Assembly (NCBI GenBank): GCA_042568575.1
Contig: JBHPIO010000001.1
Span: 32,001 to 96,000, forward strand
Origin: Patescibacteria group bacterium
Lineage (GTDB): Bacteria; Patescibacteriota; Gracilibacteria; UBA1369; PNNO01
Reading direction: 5' to 3'
DNA: 64,000 nucleotides
The position numbers were made by a program, and so were the translations under genes. Of this stretch, positions 1-9,814 are shown one piece after another; the stretch's first letter is position 1, and the number at the start of each line of letters is the position of its first letter. The notes beneath the pieces were generated by a model. It saw nothing but the letters and a program-made list of their open reading frames with translations. It did no database searches and was not told the DNA's origin.

Positions 1-2
1 GG

Positions 3-413
3 AGACATATCAACCCACGAAGTATTAGAGATAAAGCGTTTATTGTTCTTAAACAATCAAATGCACCTCTACACTTCATTGAAATTGCCAATAAGATTGC
101 CGAATCAGGCTTTGATAAGAAAGTTGTTACTACACAAGCAGTTCACAATGAACTCATCCGATACGATCAATTCGTATTAGTTGGAAGAGGTCTTTATGCC
201 CTTAAAGAATGGGGTTATAAAAAAGGAACTGTTGCTGATGTTATTAAAGAACTTCTTGCAAAGAAAAGCCCGTTAAGCAAACAGGAAATTATCCAAGGCG
301 TTCTAAAACAACGTCAGGTTAAGAAGGGAACAATCTCTCTTAATCTCCAAAAAAATGCACATTTTGTTCGTGTAGGTCGTGCAATGTACGCACTAGATAT
401 GAGCAAAAAATAA
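3..413 (+). CDS. 5'-truncated HARE-HTH (RNAP delta-like) domain protein; paralog of 8625..9701
   Basis: Not in the ORF track. Frame from nt 3 reads RHINPRSIRDK...QAVHNELIRYDQFVLVGRGLYALKEWGY...MSKK with stop TAA at 411-413; about 60% identical by manual count to the C-terminal part of 8625..9701. Confidence 0.85.
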   Translation, partial: RHINPRSIRDKAFIVLKQSNAPLHFIEIANKIAESGFDKKVVTTQAVHNELIRYDQFVLVGRGLYALKEWGYKKGTVADVIKELLAKKSPLSKQEIIQGVLKQRQVKKGTISLNLQKNAHFVRVGRAMYALDMSKK

Positions 414-431
414 TCTAAATATTCCAAGTCT

Positions 432-746
432 ATGGATGATTGCCTTTTTTGCAAAATCATCAGTAAAGAAATAGATAGTGAAATTGTTCATGAAGATGAA
501 ATATGCGTGGCTTTTAAGGATATCAATCCTAAAGCGCGTGTTCATTTGTTAATAGTTCCAAAAAAACATATCGCCAAAATTTCAGACCTTGAAGAAGGAG
601 ATGAAAAGATTATGGGTCACTTAATAAAAGTTGCCAAAGATCTTGCTGAAGAATTTGAATGCAAAGGATATCAACTTCTTTTCAATGTAGGACGTGAGGT
701 AGGACAGATCATTTTTCATGTCCACCTTCATTTAATGGGAAAGTAA
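432..746 (+). CDS. HIT (histidine triad) nucleotide-binding protein, HinT/Hint family
   Basis: DCLFCKI N-terminus, AFKDINP..HLLIVPKKH, HVHLH triad. Confidence 0.93.
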   Translation: MDDCLFCKIISKEIDSEIVHEDEICVAFKDINPKARVHLLIVPKKHIAKISDLEEGDEKIMGHLIKVAKDLAEEFECKGYQLLFNVGREVGQIIFHVHLHLMGK

Positions 747-748
747 TT

Positions 749-1732
749 TTAAACATTGCCAATTTCCAGCGATAAATCTATTGGTTGGATGTTTTGTGTT
801 AACAAACCTAGAGAAATGACATCAACACCTGTGTTTGCGTAATCTACTATGTTTTCTTCATTGATTCCGCCTGAGGCTTCAAATAAACAAACATCATATA
901 AAGATTCTTGTTGCAGTGCAGCTAAAGTCTTCTCGATTTCTTTTGGACTCATATTGTCGAGCATCATAACTACTTCATTAGGAAGTATTTTCTTGCTTTG
1001 ATATTGAGATATGAGTTTTGCTGCTTCAATTGCAGTTTTGGTGTCTTCAATTTCGATTTCGAAAAACTTGTAAGGATGTTTTGGGGGCTTAAATGAGGCG
1101 AAAAGCTTTTTTAAGTCATATTTGTAATAAGCAAGATGATTGTCTTTAATAAGAATTGAGTCCGCGAGATTTAACCTATGTGTTGCACCACCTGCAATAG
1201 TTACAGCCTTTTTATCAATAAGTCCCCATGTAGTTTTTCGTGTTGGAGCAATACAAACATGAGGCTTTGATTTTTTTGCCTTATCAATAATTCGTTTAGA
1301 AGTCGTAGCAATCCCACACATATGTTGAAGAAGATTCAAGATACTTCGTTCAGCCTTCAGGATATCTTTGATATCACCTTTTAATTCCATGAGCATGTCG
1401 TCCTTTTTGAATTTTTTCCCATCTTCAAGACGTTGAACAATATGAACCTCGTTAAGACGAGGTTTGAAAGTAGGATCACTTTCCAATACGAAATAATTAA
1501 TTTCTTCTCCTCCTGCCATTACCCCATCTTGGTTTGCATAAATTCTTGCTATAACTTCTTGAGAATCATGAATAAGAGAATCGCTTGTTATATCCCCATG
1601 TTCATTGAGGTCTTTCTCCAATTCAAGGAATGTATATCTAAAAACCCATTGCTTATAAAGCAGAGTTTTCACCGTTAGGAGATCTTTCTGGTTAAATAGT
1701 TTTTCTGTTAGTTGAGCACGATCTTTAATCAT
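749..1732 (-). CDS. nadC: Nicotinate-nucleotide diphosphorylase (quinolinate phosphoribosyltransferase)
   Basis: GDITS, TRKTT, HRLNL..ILIKDNH, MLDNM, EASGGI, GVDVIS motifs. Confidence 0.93.
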   Translation of the reverse strand: MIKDRAQLTEKLFNQKDLLTVKTLLYKQWVFRYTFLELEKDLNEHGDITSDSLIHDSQEVIARIYANQDGVMAGGEEINYFVLESDPTFKPRLNEVHIVQRLEDGKKFKKDDMLMELKGDIKDILKAERSILNLLQHMCGIATTSKRIIDKAKKSKPHVCIAPTRKTTWGLIDKKAVTIAGGATHRLNLADSILIKDNHLAYYKYDLKKLFASFKPPKHPYKFFEIEIEDTKTAIEAAKLISQYQSKKILPNEVVMMLDNMSPKEIEKTLAALQQESLYDVCLFEASGGINEENIVDYANTGVDVISLGLLTQNIQPIDLSLEIGNV

Positions 1733-1768
1733 GATAATATTGGTTTCCTGCTACATTATTTTTATATC

Positions 1769-2845
1769 ATGCTTCCTGAAAAGTATAAAGCTCTATCAGA
1801 CTCGGAAACTTTCCCTTTAATTAAACAGGCCAAGGAAAAACTTGGAGACGATCTTTTTATACTTGCTCATCATTATCAACGAGATGAGGTTATTCAGTTT
1901 GCAGATGCGATAGGGGACTCATTAATGCTTTCTCAAAGAGCTGCTAAAACAAGCAGTAAATATATTGTTTTTTGTGGGGTGACTTTTATGGCAGAAACAG
2001 CGGATATAATAACTGATGATGATCAAACTATTTTGCATCCGGATTTGTCTGCAGGATGTCCAATGGCTGATATGGCTCCGGCAAGTCAGATTCGAAAAGC
2101 CTGGAAAGAGCTTGAAGAAGTTATTGGTGATACTTCAAATGTAATTCCAATTACATACATAAATAGTTATGCAGAAACAAAGGCATTTTGTGGTGAGCAC
2201 AATGGTGTTGTCTGTACGTCATCAAATGCAGATAAAATTTTAAAGTGGGCTCTTGAACAAGATAAAAAAGTCTTTTTCTTTCCAGATCAGCATCTTGGAA
2301 GAAATACAGCGCATAAACTCTCAATTACAAACGATCAGATGGCTTTGTGGCAGCGAGAAAAGGAATACGGGGGTCTAGGTGAAGAAGAACTGAAAGCAAC
2401 GAAGATATATTTATGGAATGGATGTTGCCCTGTTCATGAGCGATTTAAGTATGATGACTTGAAGGCAATTAGAGAACGTGATCCTGAAATCAAAATATTA
2501 GTGCATCCGGAAGTTCCTGAAGAGCTTGCTAATGATGCGGACTACATGGGATCTACTCAGTATATAGTAAATATGATTGAAGAGGCTCCGGCCGGATCTA
2601 AATGGGCGATTGGAACCGAGGTTCATTTAGTATCGAGACTTGCAAAGAATCATCCCGATAAACAGATATTGCTGATTGGAACGCCAATTTGTATGTGTTC
2701 GATGATGGATAGGATTTCTCCTCAATATTTATTGTGGACTTTGGAAAGTCTTGTGAATGGTGAAGTAATAAATGTTGTGAAAGTACCTGAAAATATAGCA
2801 AAAAACGCAGTCAAAGCTTTGGATAGGATGTTTGAATTAACTTAA
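1769..2845 (+). CDS. nadA: Quinolinate synthase
   Basis: ILAHHYQ, GDSL, FCGVTFMAE, GCPMADMA, YINS, CTSSNA, PDQHLG, HPE motifs; ATG at 1769 preferred over 1712, which overlaps nadC. Confidence 0.95.
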   Translation: MLPEKYKALSDSETFPLIKQAKEKLGDDLFILAHHYQRDEVIQFADAIGDSLMLSQRAAKTSSKYIVFCGVTFMAETADIITDDDQTILHPDLSAGCPMADMAPASQIRKAWKELEEVIGDTSNVIPITYINSYAETKAFCGEHNGVVCTSSNADKILKWALEQDKKVFFFPDQHLGRNTAHKLSITNDQMALWQREKEYGGLGEEELKATKIYLWNGCCPVHERFKYDDLKAIRERDPEIKILVHPEVPEELANDADYMGSTQYIVNMIEEAPAGSKWAIGTEVHLVSRLAKNHPDKQILLIGTPICMCSMMDRISPQYLLWTLESLVNGEVINVVKVPENIAKNAVKALDRMFELT

Positions 2846-2846
2846 G

Positions 2847-4301
2847 CTATTTTACAGATTGCATGTGATTTTCTAAATCATCTCTAAATAAATCCTCTTT
2901 CATTTCTGTATCTAATTGCATGACACTGTTGGAAACAGAAGTTTCTTCATAATTTAGAGGAAACAATTCTCTACAACTAGGACTTTGTGTCGAATTTGAT
3001 AAAAAAGTATGCATGACTGACATATTATCCGTTGCTTGATACCATTTTCCTGTGAGGTCATAGTTGACGATTTTACAAAGATCGTAAGCATCTCTATTTG
3101 TTATCGGTTGTTCTGGATATTTTAATAGAACAAACGCAACTCTAAAACTATTAGAAATTTCCGGATAACCTTGAAGGTCTCTTTCTCCATTTCCAGTATA
3201 ATAATAATTTGGTCCTGTATTTCGGCATTGCTCCTTTGTTAACAAAAAGCTTTTTAAATCATTCAATGTAACATCTCTTCTTGTTCCGCTATATGTCATT
3301 TCTCCACTGTTGTAATCTCCACTAATATATTCAGGATCAAGGACTACAAACATTTCTTTATTCTCAAGTTCTTGTGCGGTTATTAACCCCATTTGGTATA
3401 AGTCGACATAATTAAACTCACGTTCACCTCTGTCAATTATATGTTTTGTAAATGTTCCATCATTGTTATCTTCCCATTGTCCCCAAGGAATGTCGGATAG
3501 ATCATGTAACGGAGGATTCTGGTAATACTCCCAATAATGGGTAGGATAAGCATGTGTGCTCTGATCTCCTGCTTGAAATCTCTCTGTCCAATGTCCCGAT
3601 TCAAAGAGGTCAGAAGTCCATGATGGATAACAAGAACTAGGTTGTGAACCGCTGTACCAACCTAATCCCCAATAATGTGCAATTTCATGCATAAAAGTAT
3701 CAAGGAGAAATGGGCGAGGATAAATATTAATTGCTTCATCAGTATAACTCACTTTATTTGTATATCTTAGGCGTGAGGGTATCGGACAATCTGCAATTCC
3801 AGTGAAGCTGCATGAATTAATTATACCAATATTGGCTGGACCATATCTATGAATCGCCCCACCAGTAGGTCCATGCTTAGCTTCTGCCACATTTCTTTGG
3901 TAATCAATGAAAATTATAAAATCAAAATCGTCAGGATAAGATTTATAAAATTCCTCAAGAACATCCGCTTTTTTAAGGTTACCATTTGAAAACCGTGCTG
4001 GGTCATCACTTGGAAATTCTAATACCGCGATATTGGCTTTTTTTAATTTCTGATTTGTGTCTAACTTAAACATACTTTCTGATATCTGAATTTCTTGAGC
4101 TTTAGAATCTGGGACATCTTTTTCGAGCTGAATTGATTTATCTTGAATTGTATAGGTCGGTGTTGAAGTTTGTGTTACTGGAGTACGCGAAATCTTAAAC
4201 ATCATCCCCAAGAAATAATCGCTATTATATGCAAAAGCTGCAATGATTATTACAATTGCTCCAAGTAGGAGAAGAGGAATAATAGTTTTTTTTGATTTCA
4301 T
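2847..4301 (-). CDS. Membrane-anchored/secreted zincin-like metallopeptidase (putative)
   Basis: N-terminal hydrophobic anchor; FMHEIAHYWG (HExxH) with a downstream GHW. Confidence 0.55.
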   Translation of the reverse strand: MKSKKTIIPLLLLGAIVIIIAAFAYNSDYFLGMMFKISRTPVTQTSTPTYTIQDKSIQLEKDVPDSKAQEIQISESMFKLDTNQKLKKANIAVLEFPSDDPARFSNGNLKKADVLEEFYKSYPDDFDFIIFIDYQRNVAEAKHGPTGGAIHRYGPANIGIINSCSFTGIADCPIPSRLRYTNKVSYTDEAINIYPRPFLLDTFMHEIAHYWGLGWYSGSQPSSCYPSWTSDLFESGHWTERFQAGDQSTHAYPTHYWEYYQNPPLHDLSDIPWGQWEDNNDGTFTKHIIDRGEREFNYVDLYQMGLITAQELENKEMFVVLDPEYISGDYNSGEMTYSGTRRDVTLNDLKSFLLTKEQCRNTGPNYYYTGNGERDLQGYPEISNSFRVAFVLLKYPEQPITNRDAYDLCKIVNYDLTGKWYQATDNMSVMHTFLSNSTQSPSCRELFPLNYEETSVSNSVMQLDTEMKEDLFRDDLENHMQSVK

Positions 4302-4336
4302 CTTACAAATTATGCTTAAAGGATGCTCGTATTATC

Positions 4337-4861
4337 CTAGCTCTGCTTTTCCTTAACAAAACGCATCCAAAGATCTTTAATTAGATCTGCTGTTGCATGT
4401 GCAAGTGAAGCAAGCATTTCACGGAGTCTCCTTAGTTGTGCCATTAAAGTGTTGAGTTGATGTGCTTCAACCGTGCCCTTCTTATTCATAACTTTTTTAA
4501 TTTTCTTATGCAGGTCTTTAATCTCTCTTTTTAGTTCATGTTTAACTTGCGATTTCATAACTTTTGTTGGTGGCAGAGGTTTTAGTATTGTTGCAGCAGA
4601 CTGATCTTGTGTACCGCCTGTACCAGCTCCGGTATATTGATCTTTCGCTTTTGATTCTTTTTCACTAACTTTATCCGAAGAAGCCTCTGCAGCTTCTGCA
4701 CCTTCAGAAGTTTCAAGTCCACCTAAGTCTACGGAAACCTTAGCCTTTTCGACTTCTCTTCCATCGCTTTCACGAACCTGCGGTTTTTCAACCGTCTTGA
4801 TTCCTTCTTTCCCGGATTCCGGGTTTATGCCCATTTTGTTATCTGTGTCTGCCATCTTCAT
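4337..4861 (-). CDS. Hypothetical protein (charged, disordered N-terminus; helical C-terminus)
   Basis: 174-aa ORF filling the intergenic space, divergent from valS. Confidence 0.7.
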   Translation of the reverse strand: MKMADTDNKMGINPESGKEGIKTVEKPQVRESDGREVEKAKVSVDLGGLETSEGAEAAEASSDKVSEKESKAKDQYTGAGTGGTQDQSAATILKPLPPTKVMKSQVKHELKREIKDLHKKIKKVMNKKGTVEAHQLNTLMAQLRRLREMLASLAHATADLIKDLWMRFVKEKQS

Positions 4862-5000
4862 AGTTAGAATGTCCTTATATTATACTAAGAAAATGGATTT
4901 AAGTCAATTTTCCAGGCCACACTTAAGCATTTATAAATTGCAGTTTGTATGGTATAAAAAATGCTGTATATCCTGTTAACGATTATAACCAAACCTTCAC

Positions 5001-7628
5001 GTGAAAGAAATAGCAAAAGCTTATACTCCCAAAGAATACGAAGATTCTATATATAAAAAATGGGAAGATTCAGGAGTCTTTACTCCAAAAGTAGACTCTA
5101 GTAAGAAATCATTCACGATATCGATGCCGCCTCCAAATGCGACTGGAACACTTCATTTAGGTCATGCCACAATGCTAGCGCTTGAAGATTTAATGATTAG
5201 ATATAAAAGGATGCGGGGATTTTCTGCTTTGTGGCTGCCAGGGACGGATCATGCTGCTATTGCCACTCAAAATAGAGTAGAGAAAAATCTTGCAGAGAAG
5301 GGGATTGATCGTCATGAACTTGGAAGAGAAAAGTTTTTGGAAGAGGTTGGGAAATTTGTTGAAGATTCGCGTGATACGATTAGAAAGCAAATAAGAAAAA
5401 TGGGATCTAGCTGCGATTGGACTCGTGAAAGATTCACTCTTGATGAAGGTCTAACAAGAGCGGTACGTGAGGTTTTCACTAGAATGTATAAAGACAATCT
5501 TATCTATAAAGGAAATCGTATTGTTAACTGGTGTCCGCGTTGTGAGTCTACACTTGCAGATGATGAAGTTGAGTATAAAGAAAAGCAGGATAAACTTTAT
5601 TGGATTAAATATGGACCGTTTACTTTGGCTACAACTCGTCCAGAAACAAAGCTTGGAGATACTGCTGTAGCAGTTCATCCTGATGATGAAAGGTATAAAG
5701 ATATGATTGGGAAAAAATATATGATCCCAGGCGTTCTTGGTGATTTTGAAGTGGTGGTTGTTGCAGATAAAGAAGTAGATCCAGAATTTGGATCAGGAGC
5801 GGTTAAAGTTACTCCAGCGCATAGTTTTGCGGATTTTGAAATTGCTCAAAGGAATAACGTTCCTTTAAAGCCAATTATTAATGAACAGGGTAGGATGATG
5901 GATAATTGTGGGAAGTATGCAGGAATGACAACAGACGAATGTCGTGAAGAAATTGTAAAAGATATGAAAAAGATGGGGCTCATCGAGAAAATTGAGGATT
6001 TTACACATAATCTTTCTGTTTGTTATAGATGTAAAACTACAGTAGAACCGCTCGTTTCTAAGCAGTGGTTTATTGCCGTTGATAAACCCGCAATTCAAGA
6101 TGGCGACAAAAAGATATCAATAAAGGAAAAAGCCCTAAAAGTTGTTAGAGAGGGAGATATAAAAATTGTTCCAGACCAATTTAATAAAACATATTTTCAT
6201 TGGATGGAAAATCTACATGACTGGTGTATCTCAAGGCAAATCTGGTACGGGCACCAGATTCCTGTGTGGTATTGCCAGGATTGTGACGAACAAATAGTTC
6301 AAACAGATGATCCTGAAAGTTGTACTAAATGTAAAAGCAAAAATATAAAGCAGGATTTAGATACTTTAGATACATGGTTCTCATCTGGGCTTTGGACTTT
6401 CTCTACATTAGGTTGGCCAGATCAGACCGAAGAACTGAAGTATTTCCACCCTACGGCAGTTATGGAGACTGGATACGACATCCTATTCTTCTGGATTGCA
6501 CGCATGATTATAATGACGACTTATGCCCTTAACGAAATTCCTTTTGAAACCGTATATCTGCATGGATTAATCCGTACTCGAGATGGAAAGAAGATGTCGA
6601 AGTCAGCTCCTGAGACATGTATAGATCCGCTTGAAATGATTGATAAATACGGAACTGATGCCTTGCGGTTGAGTTTCCTTATCGGGTCGGCTCCGGGAAA
6701 TGATATGCGTTTATATGAAGAGAAAATCGCCGGTTACAGAAATTTCGTAAATAAGATTTGGAATGCTGCAAGATTCTCTTTAATGAATATTGAAGAAGAG
6801 AATCTAGATGAGACTTTCGATCCTAAAAATCATGTAAATTCACGTGCTGATAAATGGATTCTCACAAAACTGCAATATCTGGTAAAAGATGTGACAAATG
6901 ACATTGAGAATTACAGGTTCTCGGATGCTGGAACAAAGATCTACAATTTCACTTGGTCTGAATATTGCGATTGGTATGTTGAGTTGAGTAAGGGTGAACA
7001 TTTGAACCCACATGTTTTAGTGCATGTACTAAAATCGGTTCTTAGGTTGCTACATCCTTTCGTACCTTTCTTTACTGAGGTATTATGGGAAAACTTACAT
7101 GAAAAGAAGATGCTTATCGAAGAGACTTGGCCTGAATATGATAAGTCATTAGTCTTCGTGAAAGAAGTTGAGGAAATGGAGCTATTGCATCAGGTTATTT
7201 CGGATATTAGAAGCATGAGAGCTGAATATAGCGTTGAACCGGCTAAGAAGATTCATGCGGTAATTTATGGAGGTAAATATAAGGATTTCCTTGAAGAAAA
7301 GCGCGAACCACTTATGAGGATGGCTCGTTTAGAAAATCTTGAGATCTTTGAGAAAGGGGAGAAGATTGAAAAAGCTGTTTGCTTGTTTATAGGTGATATG
7401 GAAATATATCTGCCTCTGAATGAGTTGATAGATACAGAAAAAGAACAGAAGAGACTTGAGAAAGAGCTTGAAAATCTTGTTAGTTTTGAGAAAACTTTAT
7501 CAGGGAAATTGAAGAACAAAAAATTTGTTCAGAATGCGCCGGATGAGGTAGTAGAAAAAGAAAAAAAGAGGTTGGAAGAAACTCAGGTTGGGATTAAAAA
7601 GATTAAGGAAAAGCTCTCGGAACTATAA
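5001..7628 (+). CDS. valS: Valine--tRNA ligase
   Basis: PPPNATGTLHLGH, DWCISRQ, KMSKS, C-terminal coiled coil; GTG start. Confidence 0.98.
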   Translation: MKEIAKAYTPKEYEDSIYKKWEDSGVFTPKVDSSKKSFTISMPPPNATGTLHLGHATMLALEDLMIRYKRMRGFSALWLPGTDHAAIATQNRVEKNLAEKGIDRHELGREKFLEEVGKFVEDSRDTIRKQIRKMGSSCDWTRERFTLDEGLTRAVREVFTRMYKDNLIYKGNRIVNWCPRCESTLADDEVEYKEKQDKLYWIKYGPFTLATTRPETKLGDTAVAVHPDDERYKDMIGKKYMIPGVLGDFEVVVVADKEVDPEFGSGAVKVTPAHSFADFEIAQRNNVPLKPIINEQGRMMDNCGKYAGMTTDECREEIVKDMKKMGLIEKIEDFTHNLSVCYRCKTTVEPLVSKQWFIAVDKPAIQDGDKKISIKEKALKVVREGDIKIVPDQFNKTYFHWMENLHDWCISRQIWYGHQIPVWYCQDCDEQIVQTDDPESCTKCKSKNIKQDLDTLDTWFSSGLWTFSTLGWPDQTEELKYFHPTAVMETGYDILFFWIARMIIMTTYALNEIPFETVYLHGLIRTRDGKKMSKSAPETCIDPLEMIDKYGTDALRLSFLIGSAPGNDMRLYEEKIAGYRNFVNKIWNAARFSLMNIEEENLDETFDPKNHVNSRADKWILTKLQYLVKDVTNDIENYRFSDAGTKIYNFTWSEYCDWYVELSKGEHLNPHVLVHVLKSVLRLLHPFVPFFTEVLWENLHEKKMLIEETWPEYDKSLVFVKEVEEMELLHQVISDIRSMRAEYSVEPAKKIHAVIYGGKYKDFLEEKREPLMRMARLENLEIFEKGEKIEKAVCLFIGDMEIYLPLNELIDTEKEQKRLEKELENLVSFEKTLSGKLKNKKFVQNAPDEVVEKEKKRLEETQVGIKKIKEKLSEL

Positions 7629-7703
7629 AAAAAATAGCTTTCTGCCTTCAAGAGACAAGCAAAATCTGTTATAATAGAAAGAAGTATTTTCTTTTTATTT
7701 AAT

Positions 7704-8624
7704 ATGAATGTGACGCTAAACCAGGAAATTAACAAGATTAAAGATCTCATTTCAAACCAAAGGTTGAAAGAGGCTTATACTGTATGTAATAAGCTCTTAC
7801 TGAATTTTCCTGAAAGTGGGAGAGTTTATAAACTTCAGAAGAGAATAGAGAAAACAGTGTTTAAACAAAACGTAGAAAGTGTTAAGAAAGATCTAAAGGG
7901 ACTAAAGCCTTTATGGGGAGAGCATAAATATGGTGAGCTTGTGGAAAAGCTGCAGGGTTTGCAAACATATGTGCCTGGTTACGCTCCAGTAGAGAAACAA
8001 CTAGAAAAAGCTACAAAGCTTTACAGCAAGTATAGTAAAAAAGAGCGAAAAGATACCTTAAACAAGTACATTAAAACTATTGGTGAGAAAATGCAGAAAG
8101 AGGAGTACGAAGAGGCAATTACGCTGTCGAAACAGATTTTGCATAAAATCCCTAATCATGAACAAGCAGCATTTCTTCTAAACAAGGCTAAAAAGCTTTT
8201 TGTTGATAAAAAGATCAATGATAACAAAGTCTTTTTGGAAAGTGATAAATTTGGCGAGATTCAGGAATTTCTTCTGGGACTTTTAAAATTTAATCCAAAC
8301 TCAAAACAGATAAATTCACTTCTAAAAAAGGCGAGAAGAAGAGAAACAGTAACACTAGAAATGGGGAAAAAGGAATTTGCTTTTAGATCTTACGAAAACA
8401 TTATTGTCCTATATAAAAAGAAAAAATACGATAAAGTGATTGAGGCACTTCAGGAACTGCTTGCAGTTGAACCCGACAACCTCAAATATCTCGAACTTTT
8501 ATCAAAAGCTAAAAAGAGATTTAGCAGACAATTAAATAGGGAAGTGATATCAAAAATATTCAAGTTACAGAAAAAATATAAGCTCGATCATAAAAAGCAT
8601 CCAAAGGAGTTTATCAGAATATAA
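7704..8624 (+). CDS. TPR-like helical repeat protein
   Basis: Repeated YEEAITL..IL..IPN / YDKVIEAL..LL..EPDN helical pattern. Confidence 0.6.
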   Translation: MNVTLNQEINKIKDLISNQRLKEAYTVCNKLLLNFPESGRVYKLQKRIEKTVFKQNVESVKKDLKGLKPLWGEHKYGELVEKLQGLQTYVPGYAPVEKQLEKATKLYSKYSKKERKDTLNKYIKTIGEKMQKEEYEEAITLSKQILHKIPNHEQAAFLLNKAKKLFVDKKINDNKVFLESDKFGEIQEFLLGLLKFNPNSKQINSLLKKARRRETVTLEMGKKEFAFRSYENIIVLYKKKKYDKVIEALQELLAVEPDNLKYLELLSKAKKRFSRQLNREVISKIFKLQKKYKLDHKKHPKEFIRI

Positions 8625-9701
8625 CTATTTCTTTTTAAGCTTATATTGTTCACGACCAATTCTTTCGAATTGAGGCTTATTCTTAAGGTTTAAGATAATA
8701 GTTATCTTTTTAACCTGTCTCTGTTTCATCACCTCTTTAATGATATTCTCTTGTGACATAGCTTTGCCATCCTTAAGAATACCTTGAATGATGTCAGCAA
8801 CAGTACCTTCTTTGTATCCCCATTCTTTAAGGGCATAAATACCCCTACCAACAAGTACAAACTGGTCGTGCCTGATTAGTTCGTTGTGAACGGCCTGCAA
8901 ATTAATACGTTTATTATCGAATCGAAGCTCAGTGATTTTGTTAACAATTTCAACAAAATGAAGAGGTTTCTTATTTTTGTTTAGGACATAATAAATCTTA
9001 TCGCGAAGCGTTTTAGGATTAATATGTCTCCAACTTGCTAGACCAATACCACCTTCAACTGGCTTAAGTCTCTTATCAAGTGTGAATACTGATATAACTT
9101 GTGGAAGATTGCTGTGGTCAAGCTCTTTAAAGTGTTTTCGTAGTTCATCAAAAATCTTGCTATGAGTGTGAACGTCAGATTTTTTACTTAAGATATCAAT
9201 AGTCTTCTCAGTGATGTTTTTGATGTGCGAATGATCAATATCAGCGTATTTGATGTATGGCTGATAATTAATTGTGTTTGGTGTTCTTTGAAGTTCTTTA
9301 TCTAGCGTGAGTGAAAGGTTGATTGCATTTTTGTTAATCTCAACGTCATTTTTATTTAAGATATTAAATAGCGCTGCAAACAGGTTTTCTTCTGTCATCA
9401 CTCCACCTTTTTCTTTTAGGATCTCTTTAATGAATTCGTTAAGTGCATTTAGATCTGTATTTCCTACGTTCCTTTGCAATTTTGTAAGAGCATTCTTTTC
9501 AATCTGTCTGATTCTTTCACGTGTTACATTGAATTCTTTTCCAATCTCTTCAAGGGTTGCTCTATAAGTGTTATCAAGGTTAAATCGTCTCTTAATCACG
9601 TGTTTTTCCTTTTGTGAAAGCAGTATCAGGAGGTCCTGTACAATCTTTTGAGCATTTTGGAATGTCCTTACAGGTGTCTTTTGGATATTCATAGGAAGCA
9701 C
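8625..9701 (-). CDS. Sigma-70 region 4 HTH plus HARE-HTH (RNAP delta-like) protein
   Basis: LSQKEKHVIKRRF...TLEEIGKEFNVTRERIRQIE (sigma region 4) at the N-terminus; PLHF.EI...HNELI..FVLVGRGIYALKEW winged HTH at the C-terminus; no sigma region 2. Confidence 0.85.
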   Translation of the reverse strand: MLPMNIQKTPVRTFQNAQKIVQDLLILLSQKEKHVIKRRFNLDNTYRATLEEIGKEFNVTRERIRQIEKNALTKLQRNVGNTDLNALNEFIKEILKEKGGVMTEENLFAALFNILNKNDVEINKNAINLSLTLDKELQRTPNTINYQPYIKYADIDHSHIKNITEKTIDILSKKSDVHTHSKIFDELRKHFKELDHSNLPQVISVFTLDKRLKPVEGGIGLASWRHINPKTLRDKIYYVLNKNKKPLHFVEIVNKITELRFDNKRINLQAVHNELIRHDQFVLVGRGIYALKEWGYKEGTVADIIQGILKDGKAMSQENIIKEVMKQRQVKKITIILNLKNKPQFERIGREQYKLKKK

Positions 9702-9814
9702 TTAAATTAAAAAATATTTAGAGGTATATATCAAATCGAAAAAATCCACTTAATTATATTCTTTTGTGATTTTTCAGTGAAGCAATTAGGGTTTACTAAT
9801 TGCAGAAATAATTT

